64,000 nucleotides of DNA from Eledone cirrhosa. Taxonomy: Eukaryota. Positions 26,207 through 40,613 of this stretch are shown here, one piece after another (within the stretch, counting starts at the first letter, position 1; every line of letters begins with the position of its first letter). The stretch lies in assembly GCA_964016885.1 (NCBI GenBank), contig OZ024746.1, positions 49,290,001 to 49,354,000 on the forward strand, read 5' to 3'. The notes below the pieces were generated by a model that did not search any database, was not told the origin of the DNA, and saw only the letters and a list, made by a program, of their open reading frames with translations. Made by a program: the position numbers and the translations under genes.

Positions 26207-27310
26207 ACACAAGAGCGTCTACAACATCAAAAGATTTTTATTGGCTTACAATGTTTCTTCCTTACGTAACCGTAGGATTCGTTAGAGCTATAAAAGGGGT
26301 TTGATTGGTGTTATGGACTCTACCAACCAAACATTCAAGAACAAAGAGTAAAGAGAGTAAAGAGCAAAAGTAGGGGACGATAAGTCTAATTTTGGTGCGG
26401 GAGGGTGGGGTGTGGGTCCTTGTTTACTAGCTGCGGTCATATTCATTCCCGGGAGTCGGGTGGTTATTATTAAGATGTATAAACTTGACATAACTATTAT
26501 CATCTTATATTCTCTCAACTAATCACACTTGATCATATTTCTCTATCCCGTTTTCTCCCCCCATAATTATTATATTTTTATTATTATTTGAAAAAATCGT
26601 TTTTTTTACATCGTTTTCCCCTCCAAATATTCGCTTATATTTCTTTATATATTCTCTATATATTTTTTTTATCTTTATTTTTTTATCTTAATTATTTCCA
26701 CTTTTATCCTCCTTTATAGTTTACCTTATTCTTACTTTTATACCTTATTATAGTGTAATCTTCCCCATGCCTTATTATACACTATTAATTATAGATTATT
26801 ATTATTACTCTTTTTCCATTTCTAATTACCTCATGTACTTTCTCCTCCGCTATATATATATATATATTGTATGCCCTTTGTGTTTGTGTAGCCTCTGCAC
26901 ACCTTCTGCACCATACAATCGACGCCACCCCATCTATGGTTCAGCTAACCACCCGACTCCCGGGAATGAATATGACCGCAGCTAGTAAACAAGGACCCAC
27001 ACCCCACCCTCCCGCACCAAAATTAGACTTATCGTCCCCTACTTTTGCTCTTTACTCTCTTTACTCTTTGTTCTTGAATGTTTTGTTGGTAGAGTCCATA
27101 ACACCAATCAAACCCCTTTTATAGCTCTGACGAATCCTACGGTTACGTAAGGAAGAAACATTGTAAGCCAATAAAAATCTTTTGATGTTGTAGACGCTCT
27201 TGTGTTCTTTTTCATATATACGGCTCTGCTCCAAAGCATAGAGCTAATTATTATGCTGCCAATACCTTAATGGGACACGGGTATACAACACCTAACTCCT
27301 ATTAACCTAA
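26201..27310 (+). mobile_element. Non-coding PLE-type remnant with ~265-bp inverted pLTR arms
   Basis: 26201-26466 is the near-perfect reverse complement of 26946-27211. Flanked by (TA)n; each arm contains an HHR. Confidence 0.8.
27124..27168 (+). ncRNA. Minimal hammerhead ribozyme (the inverted copy at 26244-26288 has a CUAA-mutated core)
   Basis: gct-CTGACGA-a-tcctacg-gtta-cgtaagga-a-GAAA-cattg-TA-agc. Confidence 0.8.
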
Positions 27311-27311
27311 G

Positions 27312-27342
<31 letters not shown>

Positions 27343-27344
27343 AT

Positions 27345-27532
27345 AATTGTTTCTACTTTAGGCACAAGGCCAGCAATTACCCAGTGCATTACTGGTACTT
27401 TATTTTATCGACCCCGTAAGGATGAAAGGCAAAGTCAACCTCGGCGGGATTTGAACTCAGATCTTAAAGGGACGTAACTATGCTGGAAAGCATGGCGTCC
27501 GACCCTCTACCGATACTGCCAATCCACCGCCT
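27345..27532 (-). mobile_element. Full-length tRNA-derived SINE
   Basis: Near-identical to 5117-5303. Confidence 0.9.
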
Positions 27533-27583
27533 ATATATATATATAATATAAGATCACAAGATGGTTAAAAGAGTTCCAAGTAT

Positions 27584-27648
27584 TTTATTATGCGCATTTC
27601 AAAAACAAATATCATCATGGGATGATAATTGTGTTCTCATCAGATAAA
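27584..27648 (-). ncRNA. Type I hammerhead ribozyme at the 3' end of the Naiad-type PLE
   Basis: Minus strand: tttat-CTGATGA-g-aacacaattatcatc...gatgatatttgtt..-GAAA-tgcgca-TA-ataaa, with a palindromic stem III. Confidence 0.85.
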
Positions 27649-28402
27649 ATAGGGAGACATGATATGAAGCTTAAAAAACACTTGCGAGCAGTGAAGTGTT
27701 AAATCAACATATGAAAACTAAAGTAAGATGGATATATGAGGTTGGGAAAAAAGGAGGGGGGTGGGAAAAGGTAAGGAAGAGGAAGAAAGAAAATAAAGGA
27801 TCACGGGGAAGGAGTATAAGAAGGAAGGATGAGAGAGGAGGAGAAATGAGTGATAGAGAGAGAAATAGCCTTTAAAACTGAGAAAAGATTGTCTCACAGA
27901 GAGAAATAAAAAAACCGTTGAAAGATAATAGACAACTTTAAAAGATTTTGAAATTAAAAGTTAATGAGGTTTATGAATGGTGATATTTATGATTAAAGAA
28001 AAAGGAATTAAGAATAGTATTTATTTAAGGTTTATATATTGAAGGGTTTAATATTATGTGCGAAAAAAAGAATTTATTAATATGTATTATTAAAATAAAA
28101 ATATTAAGGATATTAAGGATATAATATGAAAGAAGGAGAGATTAAATGAATTATGAACATAGAGGAATTAGTTAGGGTTTAAGTTTGTTTTTATGTATTG
28201 TAATATGTAAAAGTAAATAATAGGTTTAATACGAGCACGGAAGGAGAGAAGAAAGAAGAACATTTAAGGAGGAAAAATATATAACGTCAAAAAGTATATA
28301 TGTTTACAAAAGTTTACTAATAGTAATATTATTATATATTATAAAAATATAGTTTGTATGGTCAAGAATATAAGGAAAAATGGAAAATGCTATAGTGAGT
28401 AA

Positions 28403-28582
28403 TAATTGTTTCTACGTTAGGCACAAGGCCAGCAATTACCCAGTGTATTACTGGTACTTTATTTTATCGACCCCGTAAGGCAAAGTCAACCTCGGCGGGA
28501 TTTGAACTCAGATCGTAAAGGGACGTAACTATGTTGGAAAGCATGGCGTCCGACCCTCTACCGATACTGCCAATTCACCGCC
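28403..28582 (-). mobile_element. tRNA-derived SINE inserted in the PLE tail, with TSD
   Basis: Flanks are ctatagtgagtaataat / ctatcgtgagtaataat. Confidence 0.9.
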
Positions 28583-30506
28583 CTATCGTGAGTAATAATA
28601 TAAATTAAGAAGTAATTGAGAAGTAAAAGTTACAGATTAAAGATTAGAAATTAAAAAAGAAAAAAGGAAGAAAGGAAAAAGGATAAAAAAAAGAAAGATA
28701 GGGGATCTCTAACGACATAGAATGAGTAAATTGTATAATATAGTATACTGAAATAATGTAGAAAGATGGGTATATTTGTAAAAGATATAAAAGCATTTTA
28801 GAAAAGAAGATTTTAAACCAATTAGGTATTGAGATATTAGCTGTATACTTTATGGAAAGTTCTATGGGAGTTATGCAAGCAGAGCGAAAATAAATCCGTA
28901 CGTCTATTTATTATAGAATTAAAATTAGATATAATGGTAAATTTCTCGGCTAGGCAGAGATTAGATGTTCTGGATAGGGAAGAATTTCGGTAAGGAAAGG
29001 CGTTGCAAACCTTCCTCCAAGAGATATTATAGTTAATATTTTTTGTCTTTTAAGGACCATATAAGTTCAGAGAGTGCCGTATTAGTTCTTTTAAGTTGGT
29101 ATTTAAAAGACGAATTGTGATTATAAAATCTTGCTTTAAAGGAAGTGGAAGTGGAACCGAAATAGGTAAAAGAATTAGTACCAGTTATAACCTTACATTC
29201 ATACACTAAGTTTTTAACAAGACATTGGTTATTAAGAGGACATTTAGTTATAACAGGGCAATTACAATTACGATTAGAGAAATTAACAGAGTTATTAACA
29301 AGTGACCTAGTATTATTTATAGAAGGAATTGGATTGGAGAAATTATTTACGATAGGAACTATAGTTTCCTGATTTAGATTGGTGTTATGAACATTCAACG
29401 AAGTTACGTTTGACGTCGTATTTAAATTTACTGAATCTAGCCTAGAGTTAACATTGACGTCGGGTTTACTATTGCTATTATTATGGCGCTCAGTGTTGGA
29501 TGGATATAATGTATTATTTAATATTTTATTATTGTGTTTAGAGATAATGTTAGAGATGTTGGAAGTGGTGGAATAAGAGAATTTGATTGTATGTTTGTTA
29601 AAGATCTTACTATAGATATGCGAGGGAGGGAAGCATTTATCTAAGGCCCTAAAGAATAGTTTAGAAATATTACTAGTATTAGATAGAGAAAAAGGAGCAT
29701 TATACCAAATCATGTTTTTGTATCTAGGTCTTTTATTTAAGTTATTTGAATGTTCATAATTAACAATTTTACTATAAGTCCGTCAATGATTGGTCTCTTT
29801 ACTGTAATTAATTTTATCAGGATAACCGGCTTTGGAGAGCGCATTATAGTAATTGGCATTAGCGTCGAAGATAACTTTATTAGAGGATAGATTTGAGATT
29901 CTTTTTTCAACATTACTGACTACAGCATTGTTAACGTTAGTGGGCTGGTTAGATTTAAAATTAACATAATTTAGATTCTCATTGTCTTTATGGTAAGGGT
30001 AATATAGGCCAGTGTCAAGATTAAGGGATATATCCAGGAAGTTAGCTAGTTTGACGTTGTTATCAAATTCAATTTTAAGGTTATGGTGCTTAAATAGATC
30101 AAGTATATTGTTCTTAAGGTTAACTAAGTTACAGTTTAAGACAGTAAAAAGGGCATCGTCACGATAAATTCCACCGCGAAGTTGAGGAATTTTCCGATTT
30201 AAAGAATTCAAAATAAAGATACCAATCAAGTCCGTCAGTTGCGATGAATCGGACGCACCCATTGGGATATCAAAATTGTTGGAAGTATCAGCTCTAGTCC
30301 AATATTCGTTGTTGAATTCCAAGATAGTTTTTCTTGCGGTGAAAATGATGTAAAGTTCAACTGTAGTATTGTCAGAATATTTAAATGCGAAAGATAGAAC
30401 GTTGTTGAGGAGTGAAGGCGAAATAGAAGAATAGTAACCGGCAATGTCAAACTGAATAAATTTTTGTTTGTTTTTATTATTCAGGTCATTGAACCAGTCA
30501 ATTACT

Positions 30507-30631
<125 letters not shown>

Positions 30632-30950
30632 CATTATATCGGCTAATTGGGATATACTGCGTCATAGCTATATATGCTTTGTATGCTAATTGTTAGCTAC
30701 TACTTGATTTAGGTTGTTTTCACATGATGAAACCAAATCAGTATCTTATACAATTATTTCTACATTTGGCACAAGGCCAACAATGTGGGGGAAATGGTGT
30801 GTTGTGGAAATCGACCCTCATGCTTTACTGGAGTTTTATTTCATCGACTCCGTAAAGATGAAAGACAAAGCTAACCTCTGCAGAATTTGAAATAAGAACG
30901 TAAAGGTCCGTAACTATATAGCACAAAACATTTCGTCCGACGCTCCACTG

Positions 30951-31054
<104 letters not shown>

Positions 31055-31262
31055 ATTTTGACATCCACAGACACAAACATATGCATGCATACACATACAA
31101 ACATAGATATATACATACATATATACTTACATATATACATATATACATATATATACATATATATAACTGGACTTCACCTAAGTGGACTGCATTTAACTAT
31201 TATTTGTTAATCCGTATACATATATATATATATATATTCATATATATACATATACATGTGTG

Positions 31263-31487
<225 letters not shown>

Positions 31488-32550
31488 ATAAGGCGTTCGA
31501 TCGATTTGGAGGAGTCAGAGCATTTAGAAATTTCTTGAGTTGCTGTATTCTGAGATCAGATCCTGCTGAATTCCAGCTTTGCTTTTCATCCTTTCAGGGT
31601 CGGTCAATAAAAATATGCCAGCCCTGTGCTCGTGCAGCTCCATCTTTCTCCAGTTGTCACATCCAGGAGGTTCCCCTGATTCAAGCGAGTCAGTGTCTGT
31701 ACCTGCTTGTGATTGCATGCCTCCCTAAAAACTAAGCAAATGTATGGTGAATATTACCAAGTCATCGCTCGCTCTGATCGTTCGACAAGATCCCAAATCT
31801 CATTTGCTTGCCGAGTGGGGTGAACCTCGTCAAATCAAACCAGGGAAACAATGTTGCCATTGGTCTTTCCATTGCTGACACTATATACCGGTCGCAAATC
31901 CTGACAGAAGGAGCAACGTGAAATAAAATGTCTTACTCAAGGACACAACGCATCAGCCGGTCGGAGAATTGAACTCGCAACCTGACAATTGGGAATCCAA
32001 CTCTCTAACCACTATGCCATACTCGATTGCGAATGGCAGCTGTATTATATATGTATGTACGTATATTACCTTATTTACAAATAGTATTTAATCTATGTGG
32101 CAGAATCTTGGTAAAATTTAAATTTTACATACGTAGATGAATTAAGGTCTGATTTATGTCGTTGTAATAAAAATGTGATAGAATCAGCTATGGTTTATAC
32201 ATGTAAGATAACTTTGCAAATTGAGTAGGCAGTCAATGTATGTTAAAGTATAATTATAGTAGTGAAATCGATAAAGTGAAATCCTCTCACATTTAAATCA
32301 GCGAGGCAGCCCTGAATTTTGTATTTTAGACATTTTACAATCGGGTTTTATTTTGGTTTCAGTATTTTTTCTTTGTTTTCAGAAAAAAAGAAATCATGAA
32401 TTTTGTTAACTACATGTTTTAGTATACTTAGAAGGAAACAGGGTGTTGTGATTTATTGTAACATAATATCTGAAAAGAAAGTTGATTAGCAAAAGAGTTC
32501 AGTTATTGACTATTGGTTGATAAAGGGTACGGTTTCTCGGAATATATATT

Positions 32551-32585
<35 letters not shown>

Positions 32586-32696
32586 GTGTGTATGTGTGTG
32601 TGTGTATAATACAATAGTAATAATAATAAATGTGAAGAGGGCTCGATAAGGATAAATATATCAAATGTATAAAAACCCAATATTTATCAAAATAAT

Positions 32697-32811
32697 AGAT
32701 TAAAGTTTAAGCAAAGAATCGCTGCTTTCACCCTTAACAGGATCTTCCTTTTTAGTTTCAGAAGATCCCATTAAGGGTGAAAGCAGCCATTCTGTGCTTA
32801 AACTTTAATCT
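32697..32811. repeat. ~50-bp inverted repeat containing a degenerate hammerhead-like terminus
   Basis: Arms at 32697-32747 and 32761-32811. The right arm reads cAGAAGA-tccc-attaa-gggt-GAAA-gcagc. Confidence 0.6.
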
Positions 32812-32868
32812 GTTTTTTAATAAATGTATATAATACATACATATATGTATATATATATATATATACAC

Positions 32869-32955
<87 letters not shown>

Positions 32956-32997
32956 ACAATGAAAAACTGACAGAGATAGGTAGAAAATTAGTTCATT

Positions 32998-33108
32998 GTT
33001 TTACGATCGTTTCAGAGGGTCAATTGATCGCGGAAGATCGATGTATCGACTAGCATGGTAGTGGTTAGGTTATTACTTCATGGTCGATCGACCGTCTTCT
33101 TCAGAAAC
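32998..33108 (-). ncRNA. Hammerhead ribozyme with large, branched stem II
   Basis: Minus strand: gttt-CTGAAGA-agacggtcg...(two internal hairpins)...tgaccctct-GAAA-cgatcg-TA-aaac. Confidence 0.75.
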
Positions 33109-33532
33109 ACTCATTGAGTTCTAACAACGTTATCCCTTCTTGTTAGAAGACATGATATATTTATTGTATTTAAAGTTTTTTATTTCTTTTTCAAATACAA
33201 CACTTAACCTCAAACTGAATTGTTTCAATATTTTGAGTTCCATTGGTACTGTGTTTTAAAGTTACATTAACTATATCATATTTGGCTAGAAGTGGGGAAA
33301 GAGAAAAACGGAGAAATATCTCATGAAAATTAATCTGCTTCATACTTTTTTGTCTTTTTTTATACATCGAAAATACTGGCCTGTTGCATATCACAGATTG
33401 GACAATTACATAATGGGTGTCTGACGTAGTCGTATGAATTACATAATTGATGCCAATGAAATGCATATAAAAGCAATGATACAATTAATAAAATTATATA
33501 AAATTCCAGAATAGTGCCTTATCCTTCATTTA

Positions 33533-34123
33533 TCTATATATATAAAACTGAGGACGTCTGTCTGTGTGTGTGTGAGTTTGAATCCATAAAACTAGAGAAG
33601 CACCCAACCGACTGTTTTCAAACTTTACACATGTAATACTTATGTTTCAGGAAGTGTTCTGAGCAAAACAAATTTCAAATGTTCAATGCCCTAGAGACCG
33701 CATTAGGCGATTTAGCGATCTCTCTCTATAATTCTTAGTCTTTCTCTTTTTAGATAGATACATACATATAACGTCGCGCTCTTATAATATCTGTCTGTAT
33801 GTCTGGCTGTCTGCATTACGTCACTTCCTACAATTCGCTCTGCGTCCAGAACGTGCCCTTATAATATCTGCCTGTATGTCTGATGTCTGCTGCCTCCAGT
33901 TATTCTGCCACCCTTGCTCAAGAAAAATCTCACACTCATTCCCCAAACAGATGGTAAGTGCACACAACTCCTTCCTCACGTTTTAAGCCACAGTGTTGCT
34001 TACTTATGTACCACCAGACCCTTACTTCTTTGCCATCCGTGGTTGTGGCAATATTAAGCTTAGCTAGGACGGTTATATATTTCACAATACCTTACCCCGT
34101 GCAACGCCGAGTACCACTGCTAG
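33533..34123 (+). mobile_element. Non-autonomous Helitron
   Basis: A|TCTATATATATAAAA 5' end and GTCT microsatellite. The 3' end has a GC-rich stem-loop (ccccgtgcaacgccgag) then CTAG|T. Confidence 0.85.
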
Positions 34124-34185
34124 TATATATATAAATGGAAAAAATGAAATTTCATTTCTCACTCTTAGTACGGTTGATACTTAAA

Positions 34186-34690
<505 letters not shown>

Positions 34691-35187
34691 TATATATATA
34701 CAAATATATTACACAAAGAGAAGTGTGTTACACAGTGAGATGTGTGTAAAGAATTATTACAAGTGAGTTTTACCGTTACTGTATAGAAAACAATATCTAC
34801 AGGTTTAGCAATTAAATAGAAAAAAAAACTAAGTCAGAATCACATCTCTGAAGTAGTGTTTTAAATTACCAACCTTATAACTATATATATATATATACAT
34901 ACATACATAAATGAAATATAAGAATAAAAGAATAAATGTTCAATAAATATTCATACGAGAAGCTAAATGTAGAGAGAATTAATGTTTTTAAATCCCTTGG
35001 CTGGCTCCTGAAAATACATAGTTAATGACTCGTTAAATAATTTACAGTATCAATTACAGCATAGAACACTCGTTGCTTGTTAATATAGACCAAGCAATTG
35101 TTATACGGTAATCGAAACTTCAAAGAAAACGAACACACAAAATGAAGTAAAAGTCAACAAAGAAACAAAATGAGCGATACAACTCAC

Positions 35188-35249
35188 CTAAATACAAAAA
35201 TACCAGCAATCAAGCAGCGGAAATCATAATTATTCAACTGTAGATACAT
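35188..35249 (-). CDS. Candidate first coding exon of a host gene (MYLQLNNYDFRCLIAGIFVF, signal-peptide-like)
   Basis: ATG at 35249, 20 open codons, then a consensus donor TAG|GTGAGT. Lies in non-repetitive, CpG-containing upstream sequence. Confidence 0.35.
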
Positions 35250-35696
35250 CTGGATAGATTAGACAGCAATTTGCTCTGACACTCAAATTCAACTGCTCTG
35301 CAACCGTTATATGACGATTGCAGATCAACAGGCGAAGCCAACGGAACTGGCTTATCAGTTGAACCGTCTACTTCCTACAATGTTGTTAGCTGTTTCATTC
35401 TCGCGTGCATGATCTTCTAATTCGTCACTTAGCTATTTCATTGTAATATGTGGGAGACATACACTTCCACGAACGGTAGGAACGTGCATAAAGACCATTT
35501 TCGTTATATGCATGGGTATGTTACACATGACATGACACACAAAGACACACATATATGCCTATTTATAGAAAACAACAGTTTTTACAGTTATTTTTCTGCA
35601 TCTGAATTTCCTTATATTTTCTGCGAACCTCATAATATGTAAGCCCTTCGAAAGTTCAAACTTTTCACTCAATGTTATTTATAATTCAAAGCTATT

Positions 35697-35902
35697 TTAA
35701 TCAGCTTCTAATTCGAGTCCTCGGGCGTATTGGACCCCGTACTGCCGAGTTCCTCCACAAGATAGGAATGCTGGCGGTTCGTCTGAGGAAGGAGTCGCGC
35801 GAGGTGGGGTGGCTGTTGCAGCGGGTGTCGCTGGCCATTATCTGCGGTAATGCTTCTGCGGTCCTGTCCGTGGGACGCAACCCCATTACCGCTGCGTTCT
35901 AA
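35697..35902 (+). mobile_element. CRE-clade non-LTR retrotransposon C-terminal fragment
   Basis: VLGRIGPRTAEFLHKIG...SREVGWLLQRVSLAIICGNASAVL matches the QRxSxAxxxGNA C-terminal motif of restriction-like-endonuclease (CRE) elements. Confidence 0.7.
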
Positions 35903-36454
35903 GCCTAGAGCTCCAATCAACCTCCCCCCTCCTCTTCCCCATTCTTCTGTAACACTAGAGGCCTTGTCTTTCCCTTCCTTTTCCGTTTTTTTCTTATTAT
36001 TTTCCATTCCATTCTCTGTTTTCAATTAACGAAATAAGAGACAGAGAGGCGTTGAGCTGAGTGGTTGAAAGAATGGCAGTGTTGGTCAAAGGGTCTGTCA
36101 TTTCCAAGTCGTATGTCTCTTAGGTTTTCTGAGAATCGGTCCGCCAGACAGTGACCCATTTGTCCGATGTATATATATATATATATGCATATACATATAT
36201 ATATATATATATGGTGTGTCTGTGTTTGTACATACAATTATTTCTGTCTCTTTCGATTATACGCGCATACGCACACATCCGCCCTCATTCTCTAGTAGTC
36301 ACTCTCATTCTCACTGCCTCTCTGTCACACAGCATCTTTCTCTGTCTCTCTCTCTCTCTCTTTCTCTCTCTGTATATATATATATATATATCTTATTTAC
36401 TCACCCTCGTTACCTCCACATATTGACATATATTTCACATTTTACACACACACA

Positions 36455-36537
<83 letters not shown>

Positions 36538-36795
36538 TTACGTTCAGTATTCTTTTTATTTCCATGTCTCTATTTTATGTTTACTCCCTCTCTATCACTT
36601 CTTTATATGTCTCTCCCTTTTCGCGTGAACGCACAGAGAGAGAGGAGGGGGAGAGGAGGAGAGATACACAAAGACATTTCCTCGAGAGAGAAAAATTAGT
36701 CAGAGAAATTCTCTACCTCTCGTTTTCGTTTTTCTCTATCCGCCCTCTTTCTCTAGTAGTCACTCTCATTCTCACTGTCTCTCTGTCACACAGCA

Positions 36796-36844
<49 letters not shown>

Positions 36845-37686
36845 ATATATATATCTTATTTACTCACCCTCGTTACCTCCACATATTAACATATATTTCA
36901 CATTTTACGCACGGTCATTGGCGATGAACCAAGTAAAATCCACTGTGGTTTACATATTAATATTGACAGCATTTTAAATCCCATGATGAAAACTATAATT
37001 TTCTCTGCTCAGATGCGCTTGCGATTTTTCAACCTCCATTGTTTACAGTATTATGGATGTAATCTCCTGATATTTTAAAACACTTCATATCAGTAAATAT
37101 ATTACATACGCTACGAGACATTGAAATACTAGCTGATAAAGCTCTTGCGTGTCCAAGTGTTTATGATTCGATAAGATCGCTTAGAGCACATCGCAGTAAA
37201 GTAATTGGAATCGTCCGGCATGTCGGTTCTGCGACAGAAGTTCGATTCTTATTTGGGTTATTTCTTTTTCACTTTCTTTCTGTGTCTGTGATTTTCATTT
37301 GCGGTCCATAGTCCAAATATATTTGGGGTTATTATTACTGTTTCCCTTGAAAATGCTTTCAATTAATCGGATACATCCTTAGGTTTCTAATTCCATTTGA
37401 AAGTATTTAATTTCCTTTGCGTGGATACTTATTTGTGTGTTTGTTTGAATGCTTTGGAGCAATGAAAATGCTTCCAAAGTTTCATTTCCATACACCGGTT
37501 GTAATTTCAAACTGTAAGTTTCCATAACGGAGCAGAGTGAGTTTTAAAAAAAATGACATATACCTTACAAACCCTTTCTTCTTTATAAGTTTGTAAAAAA
37601 AAAATACGTTCAATAATTTGTGCATGAGAGAGTGTGTTTGTGTGTGTGTGTGAGAGAGAGTGTTTGTGTGTGTGTGTGTATAAAAA

Positions 37687-37879
37687 TACAGGGTTTCTAT
37701 AAAAACACCGAGCTTGATTATCGCATTAATGTTTGTCGAGCAACAAAAGGGGCACACATCGAGTGTCAATGATATCAACCAATACTACATGAAACTTTGT
37801 TAGATTATGCAACTGTAGCCACAAATATTGTATAATATAAGTATTTGAAATCAAGGAGTGTTTTTGTGGTCACCCTGTA
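37687..37879. mobile_element. Tc1/mariner-type MITE
   Basis: TIRs tacagggtttctataaaaacac / gtgtttttgtggtcaccctgta. Confidence 0.75.
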
Positions 37880-38131
37880 TATTGAAATAGTCAATATCTT
37901 AATACGATCATCATTATATTTGTCATCCATTTATGGTAAAGTTCGCTTTACAATCATTAAGTACTGAAATTGATGCTACTAATCAGTAGATTCTAATGAG
38001 TCTTTTACTTTGTTAGCAATATTATGGATGTATTTGTGTCATATTTTAAAACACTTTATACCAGTAGATGTATTACATACGTTACAACAAGATAAAGTTA
38101 CTAGATAATAAAGCTATGTATATATATATGC

Positions 38132-38189
<58 letters not shown>

Positions 38190-38447
38190 GGTGGGTACGT
38201 GTGTGTGTGTAATAGTACATCGAATTTATAACTGAACTGCAGTAACAAATTCGAATTATTAAAAGTATAGCCATAGAGTGAATGATGTGAAACTCATTTA
38301 CTCATTTCATCAGAGTAGACACGCGCGTTAAAAAAAGGAAAACACTACGAATACCAATGTGGTGTGTATATGCTACCTAAATTAATAGATAACAACAACA
38401 ATGATAGAGAAAACCAAAGAAGCTGAAAATGCATTTGGAGTCTTTAA

Positions 38448-38511
<64 letters not shown>

Positions 38512-39464
38512 AATTAATATCTAGTAACATATATATACATACAGATGCATATCAATGCTAGCAAATATATAGGTTTTGTCTTAGTAGCTTTGTGGTTCAA
38601 TGCATGGGGTTGCAGAACAATAATATGAGAGACGTAAAATAAGAAAATTATAAAATTAACTTACTTACTAAAATTTCACTCCCAACTAATTAGTTTCTGA
38701 AATGGAATAAATATACTTTCCGAAGAAAATATAGAGAATCATTTCGTCGTCAGGGAAGACTATTCTTAGTTAAGTATCCAGGCAAAGCGTGGACTCTGGA
38801 AACTTATTCAAAAATAATTCAGTGGATAGAAAATAGCAAAGCGTGGACTGAATTCCTAGCCATTGAGAAAATCACTGCCTCTGCGTCGGTGGCAAATTCA
38901 AAAAGAATCAATCACGTGACATATAGTTGTGTATAATGGTAGCTATGGTGCTTCCATAGGCGGTATGCCAAAATTAGCACTCGATATTCAGCAGAGTAGA
39001 GTGTAGATAGTATAAAGAAAACGAAAAATCAGTGATGCATCTGGACTTAATTTATTGCGTGTTACAATTGTTTCGCCGGCAGGTAGCTCGAGACATGGTC
39101 CCTGTATGGATCTGGCTGACTCTACGGCTGCAGGTTCATTCAGACACTTGTTCGGAGCAAATTTTATCACTGGGGTGTTATCATCAAAAGACACCCTCAA
39201 AAAACCTCACAAGTTTGCACCTCATACTACCTGTGTGTAGTATATCACATGGATACACGCATCTTCTCTTGAACCCCCACCGTTTTTTTTTATTTTACCC
39301 CTTTTTTCATGTACCTATTTATGAAGTTACATACAGATTTTAGTGTATCCTAAAATATTGTAAATTTATTTATTTATTTTATTTTATTTTATTATACTAT
39401 TATGTTTATATTCGCGTGTTTTTTATATGTGGACCTGTGCGTAGGTACATGTATGTGTGTGTGT

Positions 39465-39530
<66 letters not shown>

Positions 39531-39970
39531 GTGGGTGCGTACGGGGGGTGTATATGGGCATGGGGGCGTGTATGCATGAGCTTATGAGCGCGTGTATGTG
39601 CAGACAGGTGCATGTATGTAAATATGTAGCAGAGTGTGTATGTATGTGTATATATATATGTGTGTATATATGACTATATATATATATGTATATTATATAT
39701 GTGTGCGTATGTACGTATAGCTACGTATGAATAGGTGTGTGGGGGGGGGGTGCGTAAGTGTGTATATATATATGTATATATATATGTGTGTGTGAGTGCG
39801 GATGTATGCATATGTGGGCATCTAAATGTGTGTATGTGTATTTGTGCATAAATGTATGTGTTTATGTGCACCTCACAGGAATGTGTGCGGATGATTATAT
39901 ATGGAGTATATGCATTTTATTACTATTATTCTTTTTGTATTACTTTATCACTGATTTTTCGTTTTCTTTA

Positions 39971-40025
<55 letters not shown>

Positions 40026-40278
40026 TTTATCTTACTGGCTTCTCGCATTTACCAATTTTCTTTTCTCCCTCTCTTATTTTTCCCAATAAATTCCTTTGGT
40101 TATTGACACACTGGGGTTAGATATGTTGTCTTTAATGCGTAGAAATATCCATGATCCCCCACCAGACAACTGATGAAGGAGAATTTTCTCCCGTTCGTGC
40201 TTTCCTGTTATTTATAAATACACCTTATCCAGCAACTGCACAGCCTATGTTTCTTCTTTTATATGTATAATATGTATG

Positions 40279-40360
<82 letters not shown>

Positions 40361-40390
40361 TTTAGCTTACTGGCTTCTCGCATTTATGAA

Positions 40391-40434
<44 letters not shown>

Positions 40435-40613
40435 GAAGTTATATTTAATTTGTTGGGATTCAACAAGCTTAAAAGTTTTATAACTGAAATAAAGCACTCA
40501 ACAGCTACTGCAGTAAATATTCAATATATTAATAAATGCTACATATAATGGTACATAATGTGTACACACACACATATATATATATAAAGATGTTGGACAT
40601 ACTTTATAGTATA

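Larger units (their letters stand above)
27550..30500 (-). mobile_element. Naiad-type PLE: frameshifted RT + GIY-YIG (28837-30500), ~1.3-kb 3' tail with terminal HHR
   Basis: FIQFDIAGYY, FDIPMGASDSSQLTD, GGIYRDD, CNCPVITKCPLNNQCLVKNLVYEC...YFGST..FKARFYNH...TALSELIWSLK, then (after a frameshift) NLCLAEKFTII...INRRTDLFSLCLH. Confidence 0.9.

Noticed and set aside
28837-29713. Selenoprotein-type Naiad (in-frame UGA at conserved Cys)
   Set aside because: The linker cysteines are encoded by normal Cys codons. No in-frame TGA was seen, and the disruptions are frameshifts.
38988-39343. Overlapping short ORFs in non-repetitive sequence
   Set aside because: No recognisable domain or convincing splice pair.
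40167-40195. CTGATGA-a-ggagaattttctcc hairpin
   Set aside because: The GAAA/stem III half is missing.
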